Source: Centroscyllium fabricii (Eukaryota). From it: DNA of 64,000 nucleotides. Shown in pieces: positions 12,773 to 25,177 of the stretch. Under the pieces are notes generated by a model that was not told the DNA's origin, did not search any database, and worked only from the letters and a program-made list of their open reading frames with translations. A program made the translations under genes and the position numbers. Each line of letters starts with the position of its first letter. The first letter of the stretch is position 1. The stretch covers positions 216,318,001-216,382,000 of the forward strand of contig JBNRSN020000001.1 in NCBI GenBank assembly GCA_051313645.2, written 5' to 3'.

Positions 12773-13514
12773 AATGTATGTAACATGAGAAAGTGGAACA
12801 CAAAAGTAAATGTAAACATACTTTGAATGCAGGAAATAAATGGATTACTGCTGCATTGCCTAACAAAGCGAGTGGAGCTCAATTTTAATCACAATAAATT
12901 TGAATTTATTTGGTGCATCGTGTGCGTGTCAGTGTTAACACTTGAGCTAAAACTATTTTCTCGAATCCTATTTCCCTGGCCTTTCGTCATATCCTTTTCT
13001 TTATTCCTTTTACAAATGCTAATTCAATTCCCCTTTAAATAATGATGTAGTCCCTGTATCAAAAGTCAAATGTTTTAAAAATTCAATGTTCTAATAACCC
13101 TCTGTGTGAAAGAAAATTCTAACTTTCCCTTTGTTCTTCTAGTGACACTTCTGACCCTGTTACCAACATGATAACCAGTGGAACACATTTTAACAATTTA
13201 TCATCTCAAAATCTTGCATAGTGTTGAAAATTTCTATTAGATCCGCCTTAACATTCTCTGTAACCAGTGAAGGAAGCCCCAATTTTTCCAGCCTTGCTTC
13301 ATAATTAAGCTTGGCAACTATAACCACTTACTCCTGGCATTGCTCCGATGAATCTTTGCTGTCCTCTTTTCATAATTAATATTCTTCCAATTGTGGCTTA
13401 ACCAATGTTTTGTACAGGTTCAACACCACTTCCTTGTTTATATATTCAATTCCTAACATGTATAAAATATATGAAACTCATTTGTCTTTTTTACGCCCAC
13501 TATTAAATAGCTAT

Positions 13515-13650
13515 GGGACGAAATTGGTATTGACAGAAAATGCAAAACAGGCGATAGTGAATCAGCAGCCTGTTTAAAATGCAGTGTAAAACAGCCTGCA
13601 GATTTGCTATTGCCCATTTTGTGTTTTCACCAATGACACATTTCACCCCC
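13515..13650. mobile_element. Old palindromic MITE
   Basis: Degenerate fold-back of about 135 bp (GGGACGAAAT...ATTTCACCCC). Confidence 0.5.
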
Positions 13651-13664
13651 TATCTGTGTCTCAT

Positions 13665-14272
13665 GGGGCTGTCACACCTTGACGTTTTAGCCAGCGTATG
13701 CAAATTTGGCGAAAACGCTGGTACACGTCGAATACGTTATGGGTAAGTTTTGTATACGTTAAGAGCACGCTGGCATACGTCGTTGTACTCCGAGTAAGTC
13801 GAGAAATTTTGAGCATGCACAAAATTTCTCGACTTATCCAGCGTATGACTCACACGTCCGCATACACTGGCCATAAGTTGTAGGCACGTTAGGCACGTTA
13901 GGCGATCGTTGACACACGTCGACACACGTTACTTGTAAGTTAGTCATAAGTCAAAATACGTCGAGATAATGTCTAGCCACGTGATCGTCGGCGAAACGCT
14001 GCCGCGCGCTATGCATAAGTTAGACTATCGTTGGGCATAAGTTGTGAACGCCGACAACACGCTAAGCATTCGTTGGTATAAGTTATCTGTAAGTTATCGA
14101 TACGTTCTGTGTACGTTACTAATACGTTATGCATACGTCCAACTCGTTATGAATACGCTATTATACGCCCAAAAACTGAAAAAAACATCGATAGTTCAGC
14201 GAACGCCAGCGTTTTAGATAAATTTGCATACGTCGGCATGCGCTAGCTAATTCGTCAAGGTGTGACAGGGCC
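13665..14272. mobile_element. CpG-rich MITE with long TIRs
   Basis: CTGTCACACCTTGACG / CGTCAAGGTGTGACAG plus subterminal CGTATGCAAATTT inverted pair; periodic ACGT/ACGC motifs. Confidence 0.8.
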
Positions 14273-15173
14273 TTTACTGTTTCTCCATTTTCCATAAATC
14301 TTACAATTTTGAAGATACAGACTTTCTTTCATTGTCATTTCCTCCCAAAATGTACTATTCTGCAGTGAACGGTATCTGCCACCTCTCTGCTAACCTGTCG
14401 AGGTCCTTCTGCAAGCTCCTGAATTTTCCCTCACAAATCACTATGATGTGGAATTTGATTTCTCCTCCACCCCTTCATGCACCGTTAACATTTCTTTACT
14501 TTTGAATCTCAAAGCCACTCTGACTTTTTGTTAACAGAGGGAGAATGAATTAGCTCATCTTCATATTCTCCTGTTTAGTGATCTGTTGGAAAGCAGACTA
14601 GGTAGTGTAAATACAGAATAACAGATCCTTAGAAGAAAACTGACAGGCTGTAATTCAACTGAGAAGTTCAGAGCACACCTAAGAATTAACTCAACAAGAT
14701 GATATATGTGTTTTAAGGAAAATGTACAGAAATTACTCTGTATGTTGGTTGATTTTTACTTAACTGAAAGAGAGAAAGATGCTTTTGCTTACCTTCTGGT
14801 TTCCCGATGGTTTATTGCAATTCCCATTTTCTACATAATTTAACAATTTTTCCAAGTTGTGACTTCCACCAGTTCTAAAACCTCTTGTTTTGAATTATAT
14901 GGATACCATAATGCTGTAGCATTTACTTATTTAACATTCAATTTGATATGAATAACACTTATATCATCACAGGTTTGTTTAAAATACAGAATCTATAATT
15001 AACAAGCAGTTTCATAATAATGGGAGCTGTGATAGAACTGGGGCTATTTTAATGAAGTTTTGAAATCTGGCCCCTTTATGTCTAACCCCCCCCCCCCCAA
15101 GGTGATTTCATTTATGTAAATACTTCTTAATTCCAGTCACATTTCATTCTATGAATATTAAAGTTTAACATAC

Positions 15174-16041
15174 CCAAAAACATGAGCAGAGTAGTAGTGG
15201 CATAGATAGCCACGACCATTCCTCCAACGAATGAGAATATTCCAATAAGAACTATAAAGGTGTCTCGAAGACAGCGGGAAAACAGAGTCGCTCCCACAAA
15301 ACTCATCAGAAATGTAACTAGTCCAGTTGCAGAGCCATATCCAATGAGGATTTCATTCCAACAAAGAGGCGTATTTAATTCATAAAGAGTGAAAAGACCA
15401 GCAGCACCAAATTCACAAAGTCTAAATGTTGTAAAGGTAAGAAGCAACAAACTGATCTCGACTCGCTTTCTAAAATCAGCACCAGTATAAATAATTAAGA
15501 TTCCAGAGATTATTTCTCTGAACTTCGTACAGTATGACACTTGGTCTTGTTCATTGCTTGACACCTCGACAGTCTCTTCAAAGAAGAAGACGATATACAC
15601 AACATTGACAAAATTAAGCACTACGATCGTCAATATTGGCCAATTAAAACCTACTGCCCGTAAAAAGTATCCAGATGATAGCGCCCCTATGCCGCCCATT
15701 GTTCCAACAATCGTTTCCAGCAATGCCATGCGCATATTTTTCTGCTTGGTAGAAATCGTGTCTGCTACATAAGCAAACGTAGCCCCAAATAAAGTTGAGA
15801 AGCCACCAAGAAATGCACTAATTGCCGCTGATATAAAAATATAATAAATGGACAAAGAAAAATAGGCCGTTAGAAAAAACCCCACGGTGCTAAACAGAGC
15901 CCCTAAAGAAGGAAGGAGGACAGATAGTCTGCGTCCATAGCGATCGCTGTATGCACCCAAAAAGAAGGTAACAATTAGGCCAGGAAAGAATTGAAGCAAA
16001 GCCATGTACAAAAAAAAGTGAGAAGTTATTCTCTGGACCAC
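15174..16041 (-). CDS. SLC46A3: SLC46A3-like coding exon 2 (868 bp, most TM helices)
   Basis: MFS motif A GAYSDRYGRR, FAYVAD, LYELNTPLCWNEILIGYGSA. Acceptor ttttcttttAG at 16042-16043; donor G|GTATGT at 15173; phase 0 to 1. Confidence 0.93.
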
Positions 16042-17424
16042 CTAAAAGAAAAAGCAAACAAAGAATCAAAAAATCACAACTTGAAACTTTTAAAAACATT
16101 TGAAATATTTCAATAGAATTAAGCAACTGTCTCCATTCACTATTTATGGTACTAATTTGTGATCTAAAAATATGTCTTTTTTGTCATTGACACACAACTT
16201 TAGTAATTGTTAAAATAACTCAAATATATTTAACAAGAATATTAGGAATAAATCGCTTTTTCACATTAATTAATGCAGAAATTAATGCTTCAGTTGAATT
16301 TTACTTCTTCATAAGGCTGATATGTAATTTGTAGCCTGCATGTATGGTTTATCACAGTGTTATTTGTCGGTCAGTCAGAGGGATCAGGAACTTACCGTGG
16401 CAATCCATATTATTTTTAGTGAGTACATCATCGGTAAAAGGATGTATTGTTCACCCTGTGGCTTTCTATATTCAAACTTTGTGTACAAGGTTATGTTTTG
16501 GTTAACGGCCTGATAACATCCAGGCTTGGGCTGATAAGTGGCAAGTAACATTCACGCCACACAAGTGACAGGCAATGACCAGCTCCAACAAAAGAGAGCC
16601 GAACCACCTTCTCTTGACATTCAATAGCATTACTATTACCAACGGCCTCACCATCAACATTCTGGCGGGGGGGGGGGGGGGGGGGGAGGCGGGGGGTCAC
16701 CATTGACCAGAACCTCAACAGAACCAGCCACATAAATGCCGTGGCTACCAGAGCAGGTCAGAGGCTGGGTGTTCTGCGGCGAGTGGCTCATCTCCCGATT
16801 CTCCAAAGCCTCTCCCCCATCTACAAGGCACAATTCAGGAGTGTGAGGTAATACTCTCCATTTGCCTAAATGGGTGCAGCTCACACTCAAGAAGCTCGAC
16901 ACCGTACAGGACAGAGCAGTCCGCTAGATCGTTACTCCGTCCACCAGTTAAACATCCACTCCCTCCCCCACTGGGGTTCTGTGGCTACATTGTGTACTAA
17001 CAACAGGATGCACCGCAGCAAATCGCCAAGGCTTTTCCTGCAGCACCTCCTAAACCCATTACCTCCATCACCTCCAAGTTCCATTCCAAGTCACACACCA
17101 TCTTGACTTGGATATATATCATCGTTTCTTTATCATCGCTGGGTCAAAATCCTGGAACTCCCTAACTAACAGTATTGTGGAAGCACCTTGCAGTGGTTCA
17201 AGAAGAAGGCCTACTATCATCTTCAAAAAAGGCAACTAGGGATGGGGAAATAATTGCCCACCTTGACAGCGACACCCATATCCCTCAGAAGCCTTGGGCA
17301 TGAGAACAAGCATTTTGGATTATGTCCAAATCATAACAACTTAACTGGCGATTGTTTATATCCCAGTGTAAAACTGACGTCTAATGTTACTACATAACAT
17401 TATTGGAGCAGAAATTTCCTTCAA

Positions 17425-18125
17425 TTAAATATTGGGAAGGCCAAAGCCATTGTCTTTGGTCCCCACCATTGCCTAGCCACCGACTCGATCCCACTCCCTG
17501 GCCACTGTCTGAGGCTGAAGAAAACTGTTCACTACTGTGGTATTCTACTTGAGCCCGAGTTGACTGACCAACCCCATGTCCTCTCCATCACAAAGATCAT
17601 CTACTTCCACCGCTGAATATCGCCCAGCTCCACCCCGCCTCAGCTCATCTGCTGCTGAAACCCTCATCCTTACCTTTGTTACCTCCAAACTCGACTATTC
17701 CAATGCTCTCCTGGCTGGCCCCCATCAACTTGAGCTCATCCAAAAGTCTGCTGCCCATATCCTAACTCGCACCAAGTCCCACTCACTCATCACCTCTGTA
17801 CTCGCTGACCTATATTGGTCCAGCAACACCTCGATTTTAAAATTCTCATCCTTCTTTTCAAATCCCTCGGTGGCCTCGCCCCATCCTACCTCTATAACCC
17901 CCTCCAGTCCGACAACCCTCAGAGGTCTCGGTGCTCCTCCAATTTCGGTCTCTTGCACATCACAGATTTTCTTCGCTCCACCAGTGCTGGCCGTGTCATC
18001 AGCTGCCTAGGCCCTAAGCTCTGGAATTTCCTCCCTAAACCTCTCCATCTCTCTCTCCTTCTTTAAGACGCTCCTTAAAACCTATCCCTTTGACCAAACG
18101 TTTGGTCATCTGTCCTAATATCTCC
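17425..18125 (+). mobile_element. L2 LINE 3' fragment (further L2 tails at about 29795-30040 minus and 37012-37120 plus)
   Basis: AETLILTFVTSKLDYSNALLAG, FKILILLFKSL.GLAPSYL, LWNFLP: L2 RT C-terminus. Confidence 0.8.
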
Positions 18126-18129
18126 TAGG

Positions 18130-19130
18130 AGAAACAGCGATTTACTTGTACTTCTTTCACGCTATTGGCACAAAAATTAGGGTGACCACGGGCCGTTCTG
18201 GAGCCGGGTACTCATGCGTGTGGGCTCCGAATTGCAGGTAGACGCTATTTCCCGGTGCTACCTGCAATTCCGATGAGGGCCAGGGAGCTGCAGTGCGTTC
18301 GCCTGCGCACCAGGAGGAGCGCAGTAGGATTCCATTTTTTTTTTAAAGAGTTTTTTCATCTGTGTAAGTATTGAGATCGTTACGCTGAAAAATATCAGCC
18401 GTAACGATCTCTTTTTTATCAGGTAAGTGTTTTATTTTATAGAATTTAAGTTTTTTTTTTGAACAGGCTTTTACTTTTTATAAACTTTAAAGACAGGTAA
18501 GTATTTTTTTAGGCCAGTTAAAAACTTTTTTTCAACATTTTTATTTTTTCTTTAAAATAGGTAACTTATGTTAGTTAGAGTATTGTTAAAAAATGTGGTG
18601 TTTTTTAAATTTTGATTTTGTGTTTAGATGTGTTTTTGAAGCTCTTCCTTTTCATAACTTACACAGATTTCTCCGTGTAAGTTATGAATGGAGGATTGCT
18701 TCCATTCATTGGCTCCCTGCAGATCACGTGGTGCCGCGCAAGATCTCCCACTAACTCCGTCGTTGAGTTACACCAGCGTGTCACCTGGAGCCTGCAGCAG
18801 CTTTACAAATCAGGATTTCACATCCCAGAATTGCAGAACGGCAGGAGCGCAGGGTAAGTGTACCTTGGAGGCTCACACTTGCAGGAAGGCTCGGAGGCTC
18901 ATTTTTGGGCCAATATATTATATGCGCTGCTCACCATGCAGTTTCATCTACATTGGGGTGAACAAACGCAGATTGGGCGATTGATTTGCTGAATACCTTC
19001 ATTCAGTCCGCAAGCGAGTCCGTGAGTTTCCGGTCACTTGCCATTTTAGTTCTCTGTCCCACTCAGACCTCTGTCTTTGGCCTCCTACATTGTTCCAATG
19101 AAGAGCAATAGAAACTTCTTTCGATTAGGA
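18130..19130 (+). mobile_element. Penelope-like element GIY-YIG endonuclease remnant (split by the MITE)
   Basis: RFTCTS ... Y.MRCSPCSFIYIGVNKRRLGD, then PVTCHF. Confidence 0.7.
18167..18911. mobile_element. MITE related to 12001-12772, inserted in a Penelope endonuclease remnant
   Basis: TIRs GGCACAAAAAT / ATTTTTGGGCC; collinear AT core and hairpin with the 12-kb MITE. Confidence 0.75.
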
Positions 19131-19164
19131 TGCGGGGGGGGTAGCGAGGCCCCGGCTGTGCGGA

Positions 19165-19335
19165 ATAACGTCTCATGAACAAGGAGCGGGGGAGGGGCAG
19201 TAACATCTCATGAACCAGGAGTGGGGGCAGTGGGGAGTAACATCATATGGGAAGGAGCAGGGGAGGGGGTGTAACGTCTCATGAACCAGGAGCGCGTCAG
19301 GGGGGAGTAACGTCACATGGGAAGGAGTGGGGAGC
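19165..19335 (+). repeat. About 35-bp G-rich minisatellite
   Basis: About five copies of TAAC(G/A)TCTCATGAACCAGGAG..GGGG. Confidence 0.8.
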
Positions 19336-19344
19336 CTAGAATGA

Positions 19345-19755
19345 GTCAAAGTCCTACAACAAGATCTGGTCACAGCGGTTAGGGCTGCTCCGGAAGCCCA
19401 CTTGCTCCTTAGGAATGGTTGGCTCAATGATAGGGGCTAGTTTGTGGAGCAGTAACCTCTCCAGCACTTCATAACATGTGCAAAGTAAGGAGATCGGGCA
19501 GTAGCTGGAGGCTTCACAAGCATTCTTACCCTGCTTCAGGAGGGCAATTATTTCAGGCTCGCTCCAAATAGATGGAATTTTACCAGTTGCTGTACAGAGA
19601 AGAAGGTCAACCATTGCTTTGCTTTGGGTCCTGGTGCTTTTAAGAATTCTGGGTAAACACCATCTGGTCCAGCAGCTTTACCAGATTTGGTTGTCGACAG
19701 GGCTGCGTTTCGTTCATCCAAGGTGAATGGATCATACACAGTTGATGAACTATGG
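19345..19755 (-). mobile_element. Non-LTR (RTE-like) RT fragment, joined to a CR1 piece 19755-19950
   Basis: GKAAGPDGVYPEFLK ... SYCPISLL..YEVLERLL ... EQVGFR. Confidence 0.65.
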
Positions 19756-19974
19756 CAAGTATATCCTTCCTTAGGTAAGGAGACCAACACTGTACACAGT
19801 ACTCCAGGTGAGGTCTCACCAGGGACCTATATAATTGCAGTAAGATGTCTTTACTCATGTAATCCAACTCCCTTGCAATAAAGGCCAACATGCAATTTGC
19901 TTTCCTAATTGCTTGCTTTATCTGCATGCCAACTTTCTGTGTTTCCTGTTAAGAGGACACCTAATTTTCTCTGA

Positions 19975-20490
19975 ACAACACAAGGGTGGTGCTGTTGTTG
20001 TTTGGCGAACCAACCTCTATCTCACGGAGGCCGAATGCCATCTCTCGGACATCTCCTTCTACCTCCCCCTGGACCACAGCCCCACTACCGAACATCAAGC
20101 CATCATTGCCAAGACTGTCACTGAACTCATCTCCTCTGGTGATCTTCCCTCCACGGCTGCCAACCTCATAGTCCTCCAAACTGGCACAGGCCACTTCTAT
20201 CTCCTTCCCAAGATCCACAAACAGGACTGCCCTGGTAGACACATCGTTTCAGCCTGTTCTTGCTCCACAGAACTGATTTATTCCTATCTCAACTCAATGC
20301 ACTCCTTCATGGATATGGAGGAGTGACGCAGGTGTCCAGTCTCTTCTCACCTACATCCACGACTCTTCTGGCGCCCTGCGCCACTTTAGCAGTTTCCTGC
20401 TTCCTGGCCCTGTCTCCGTCTCCTATTCACCATGGGCGTCCCATTCCTCTACACCTCCGTCCCTCACCAGGACAGCCTGAAGGTACTGGC
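19975..20490 (+). mobile_element. Penelope-like RT fragment
   Basis: KGGAVVVW...FYLLPKIHK...PGRHIVS and LYTSVPH, Penelope RT motifs. Confidence 0.8.
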
Positions 20491-21158
20491 TGTATTGGTG
20501 CCTTTTCCTGCTCTCGCCCTGAACTGGAAAATTTCAGTTTTGGTTTCACCAGGAACACTCGGTTCCAGACTCATTACAGCCTTGGTCCAAACACGGACAA
20601 AGGAGCTGAATTCTGGAGGCGAGGTGAGAGTGACTGCCCTGGACATCAAGGAGCCCTAGTAAAATGGCATTCAATAGGGATCGGGGGGGAAACTCTCCAC
20701 TGGCTGGAGTCATACCTAGCACAAAAGAAGATGGTTGTGGTTGTTGGAGGCCAATCGTTTCAGTCCCAGGACATCATTGCAGGAGTTCCTCAGGGCAGTG
20801 TCCTAGGCTCAGCCATTTTCAGCTGCTTCATTAATGACCTTCCCTCCTGTGGTAACCGTATATGTATAAATTACCACCGTAATATTGGTGCCAATATTAC
20901 TAGTGTGCATAGCGGTCGGGTGCATGAGATGTTGCGACACTGTCGTGAGGCCAGGTCAGCCACACCTCTAACTCCTCCCCCAGGTGAGGCCCTTTATAGG
21001 TGAGGACTGACCGGACCCCGTCCATTCTGTACCTGTTGTTCGTTCGGAGTATAGCTCCTATGTAAGTCAATAAAAGCCTGTAGTTAAGGTCACTACTCGT
21101 CTTTGGCTTTATTGAGTTAATTGACGATACGTCAATTTTATTGACTTAAAAATTCGAA

Positions 21159-24100
21159 ATGGAGAGCGGCGCGGTAAAACCAGAGAAGCTGGACATCAGT
21201 CCACAGGACCCAGCCGCCGCCACTACCTTCGAACACTGCTTCGGTCTCCTGGAGGCCTACATGGACGCCGCTAAGGCTACAACCGACGGGAACAAGCTAC
21301 AGGTTCTCCAGTCCAGGATCTCCAGCCGAGTATTCTCCCTCATCCGGGACGCCAAAACGTACCCAGTGGCGGTGGAGAAACTGCGAAAATGCTACGAGCG
21401 CCCGGTCCACTCTGTCTACGCCAGACATGTGGAAGGTGCACGCCACAAGCTGCAGGCGTACAGCGTCACAAACCCGCAGGTCTACGACGCGTGGGCTGCA
21501 CCACAACGGGTCCAGGCCTGGGCAGCACCACAACGGGCCGAGACCCCCACGATGGCAGCGACAGCCGCGAAGACGCCGGCGGACAAAAAGTGCTACTTCT
21601 GCGGCCAGGGATTACATCCACGGGCGAGATGCCCAGCGAAGACCGCGACCTGCGAGAGGTGCTCCAAGAAGGGACACTATGCAAAGGCCTGAAGATCAGC
21701 CCCGGCGCTCAACTCCAGGTACAACAGCGCAGCCTGTGAAAGCTCCACCAGGTCTCAGGTAAGCTGCAATTGCAGCGCGATCCAGCGACGGTCCGGGGGT
21801 AGAGAAAACGCGCCCCCATCTCCCACCCTGATGCGGCAAAGGCCGGCTGCACCCACGGCACGCCAAGCTCAGCCACGGCCGGCCAGGCGCGACCCCCCAA
21901 CGCCGGCATCACGCCCAGCGCGGCCCGCTGCGTGCGAATCACGGGCACCGCCAACCCAACCGCCGCGGCTCGCTGCGTGCGAACCACGGGCACCGCCAAC
22001 CCAGCCACCGCGGCCCGCTGCGTGCGAACCACGGGCGCCGCCAACGCGCTCACAGCGGTCAGCCGCGTGCGAACCACGGGCGCCGCCATCTTGCCTCCAA
22101 TGGCCCGCCATGTGTGACCCCTCGGCGCCGCCATCTTGTCTCCAGCGGCCCGCCATGTGCGACCCCCCGGCGCCACCATCTTGTCTCCAGCGGCCCGCCA
22201 TGTGCGAACCACGGGCGCCGCCATCTTGTGTTCAGCCCCAACCAGCAGGGGGCCCACACACACAAACACACACTTCGGCTTCAGCCATCCCAAAAGTCGA
22301 TCAGGCTAGGCCGCACACCCTATCGAACTCAATTATGCCGATTAAAGTCAACGGCCATACGACCAACTGCCTGTTCGACACTGGAAGCACAGAGAGCTTC
22401 ATTCACCCTGATACAGCGCGGCGCTATGGACTGCAGATCCTGCCCACGAGCTACCAAGTCTCCCTTGCTTCACAGTCCCACACCACAGACGTCACCGGCT
22501 ACTGCTCCGTCACGCTCACAGTTAAGGGTTGAGTGTACCGCAACTTTAAGTTGTACATCCTCAAGCAACTGTGCGCCCCAACCTTACTGGGACTGGATTT
22601 CCAGTGCCACCTTAAGAGCGTGACAATGGAGTTCGGCGGGACCCTGCCCCACCTCACCGTCAGTAGCCGGGACAGTCCCTTCCCAAAGCGGAGCCCGGCC
22701 TGCGGCCTCTCCACCATGAAAATCGACCCCCCCTCACTGTTCGCCAATCTCGACCCCAACTGCAAGCCTATTGCTACCAAGAGTCGGCGGTACAGTGTGG
22801 GGGATCGGACATTTATCAGGTCGGAGGTCGGGCGTATGCTGAAGGAGGGGATAATTGAAGCCAGCACCAGCCCCTGGCGGGCCCAGGTAGTAGTGGTGAA
22901 GACTGGCGAGAAACAGCGGCTGGTTATCGATTACAGCCAGACTATTAACCGCTACACCGGGCCCGATGCCTATCCCCTCCCCCGCATCTCGGACATGGTC
23001 AACCAGATCGCCCAATACAAGGTGTTCTCCACAATCGACCTTAAGTCGGCGTATCACCAACTCCCGATCCGGAAAGCCGACCGCCCGTACACCGCCTTCG
23101 AGGCGAACGGTCGGCTCTACCACTTCCTCCGGGTCCCCTTCGGCGTGACCAACGGAGTGTCGGTATTCCAGCGGGAGATGGACCGCATGGTTGACCAGAA
23201 CGGGTTGCAGGCCACCTTCCCCTACCTGCACAACGTGACTATCTGCGGCCATGACCAGCAGGACCACGATGCCAATCTGGCCAAATTCCTTGACACGGCG
23301 AAACGGCTGGATCTAACGTATAACAAGGACAAATGTGTCTTTAATACAGATCGGCTCGCCATCCTCGGATACGTGGTGGAGAACGGGGTCCTCGGCCCCG
23401 ACCCACAGCGTATGCGCCCATTGCAGGAACTGTCCCTTCCTCACAACACCAAAGCCTTGAGGAGATGCCTAGGATTTTTCTCCTATTACGCACAATGGGT
23501 CCCACAGTTCGCGGACAAGGCTAGACCACTCCTCAAGGCTGCCGCCTTCCCCCACTTGGTAGAAGCCCAAACGGCATTCGCCCGGATAAAGGAAGACATC
23601 ATCAAGGCGACCATGCACGTCGTTGATGAATCCATCCCTTTCCAGGTGGAGAGTGACGCTTCGGACTTTGCCCTTGCTGCCACCCTGAATCAGGCAGGCA
23701 GGCCCGTAGCGTTTTTCTCCCGCACCTTACAGGGACCCGAAATTCGCCACTCTGCAGTGGAAAAGGAGGCCCAGGCCATCGTGGAGGCCGTGCGCTATTG
23801 GCGTCATTACCTGGCCGGTAAGCGTCTTACCCTACTCACCGACCAGCGGTCGGTTGCGTTTATGTTTAATAATAAACAAAAGGGTAAGATCAAGAATGAT
23901 AAGATCCTGCGGTGGCGGATCGAGCTCTCGACTTACGAGTACGACATTCTTTACCGACCAGGCAAACTCAATGAACCCCCGGACGCACTGTCCAGGGGAA
24001 CGTGCGCCAGTGCCCAGCTAGACCGGCAGAAGGACCTCCACGATCGCCTCGGTCACCCGGGTGTCACCAGACTCGCCCACTTCGTTAGATCCCGTAGCGT

Positions 24101-25177
24101 CCCCTACTCCATCACGGAGATCAAGGCTATGACCCGAGAGTGCCCTGTTTGCGCCGAGTGCAAACCCCAATTTTTCAGGCCAGACACGGCGCACCTCATT
24201 AAGGCCACCCGCCCCTTTGAACGTCTAAGCGTGGACTTCAAAGGCCCCCTCCCCTCCACCGACCGCAACTCGTACTTCCTCACGGTCGTAGACGAGTTCT
24301 CCCGCTTCCCCTTCCCCTGCCCAGATATGATGAGCGCAACAGTGATAAGGCACTTCACCACGCTGTTCGCCATTTTCGGTCTCCCCAGCTACATTCATGT
24401 AGCGATCAACTGCGCCAGTTTCTGCTCCAGAAAGGGGTTGACTCGAGCAGAACGACCAGTTACAACCCCCGGGGGAACGGCCAGGTAGAAAGGGAGAATG
24501 GGATCATCTGGAAGGCGGTCACCCTGGCTCTGAAGTCCAGAGGCCTTCCAGTGTCCCATTGGCAGGCAGTCCTCCCCGACGCGCTGCACTCGATACGCTC
24601 TCTGCTGTGTACGGCCACAAACGCCACCCCTCATGATTTAATGTTTTCCTTTCCCAGGAAGTCGACTTCGGGGACAGCTCTTCCACCGTGGCTCACGACG
24701 CCGGGGCCGGTCTTCCTTAGGAAACACGTCCGCGGCCACAAGACCGACCCCCTGGTAGAAAAGGTGCATCTCCTGCACGCCAACCCACAGTACGCCTACG
24801 TGCAGTTCCCGGACGGGCGCGAGGACACCGTCTCCATCAGGGACCTAGCGCCCGCCGGGAGCACCACAGCAGAGCCACTGGTCGGGCAGCAGCCCGCCCA
24901 GCCACGATATTTCGACCACCCCCTGCACCTACAGTGGCCACCAGGGTATCTAGAGCCCCCGCCGTGGCCAGCCCAAGACCACCATTCGGATGGCTCGGAC
25001 CAACCACCACCACCAGCACCTGAAGTTTCGGCACCAGCGCCGCTGTCACCACCACCGGACCCAAGCGGAACGGATCACACAGAACTTCTGCCAGAACCCC
25101 GGCGGTCCTCCAGACAGACGCGACCGCCGGACAAGTTAATAATGAACTGCTCTGTCCATTCACCCCGCCGGACTTAA
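21159..25177 (+). pseudogene. Disrupted gag-pol of element B
   Basis: Gag with two CCHC knuckles, PR LFDTGS, RT (YLHN), RNase H, IN; stops at 21690 and 22530 and a frameshift/deletion in IN. Confidence 0.9.
21860..22230 (+). repeat. In-frame 39-42-bp tandem repeat in the Gag-protease linker of B
   Basis: Units such as GCGTGCGAACCACGGGCGCCGCCA...; peptides AACEPRAPPT / PPSCLQRPAMC repeated about 8 times. Confidence 0.85.

Noticed and set aside
19165-19335. Regularly spaced repeats resembling a CRISPR array
   Set aside because: Eukaryotic context; spacers are similar G-rich sequence and repeats are degenerate. A minisatellite.
20260-21003. 247-aa ORF
   Set aside because: Chance fusion of Penelope, CR1 and LTR fragments.
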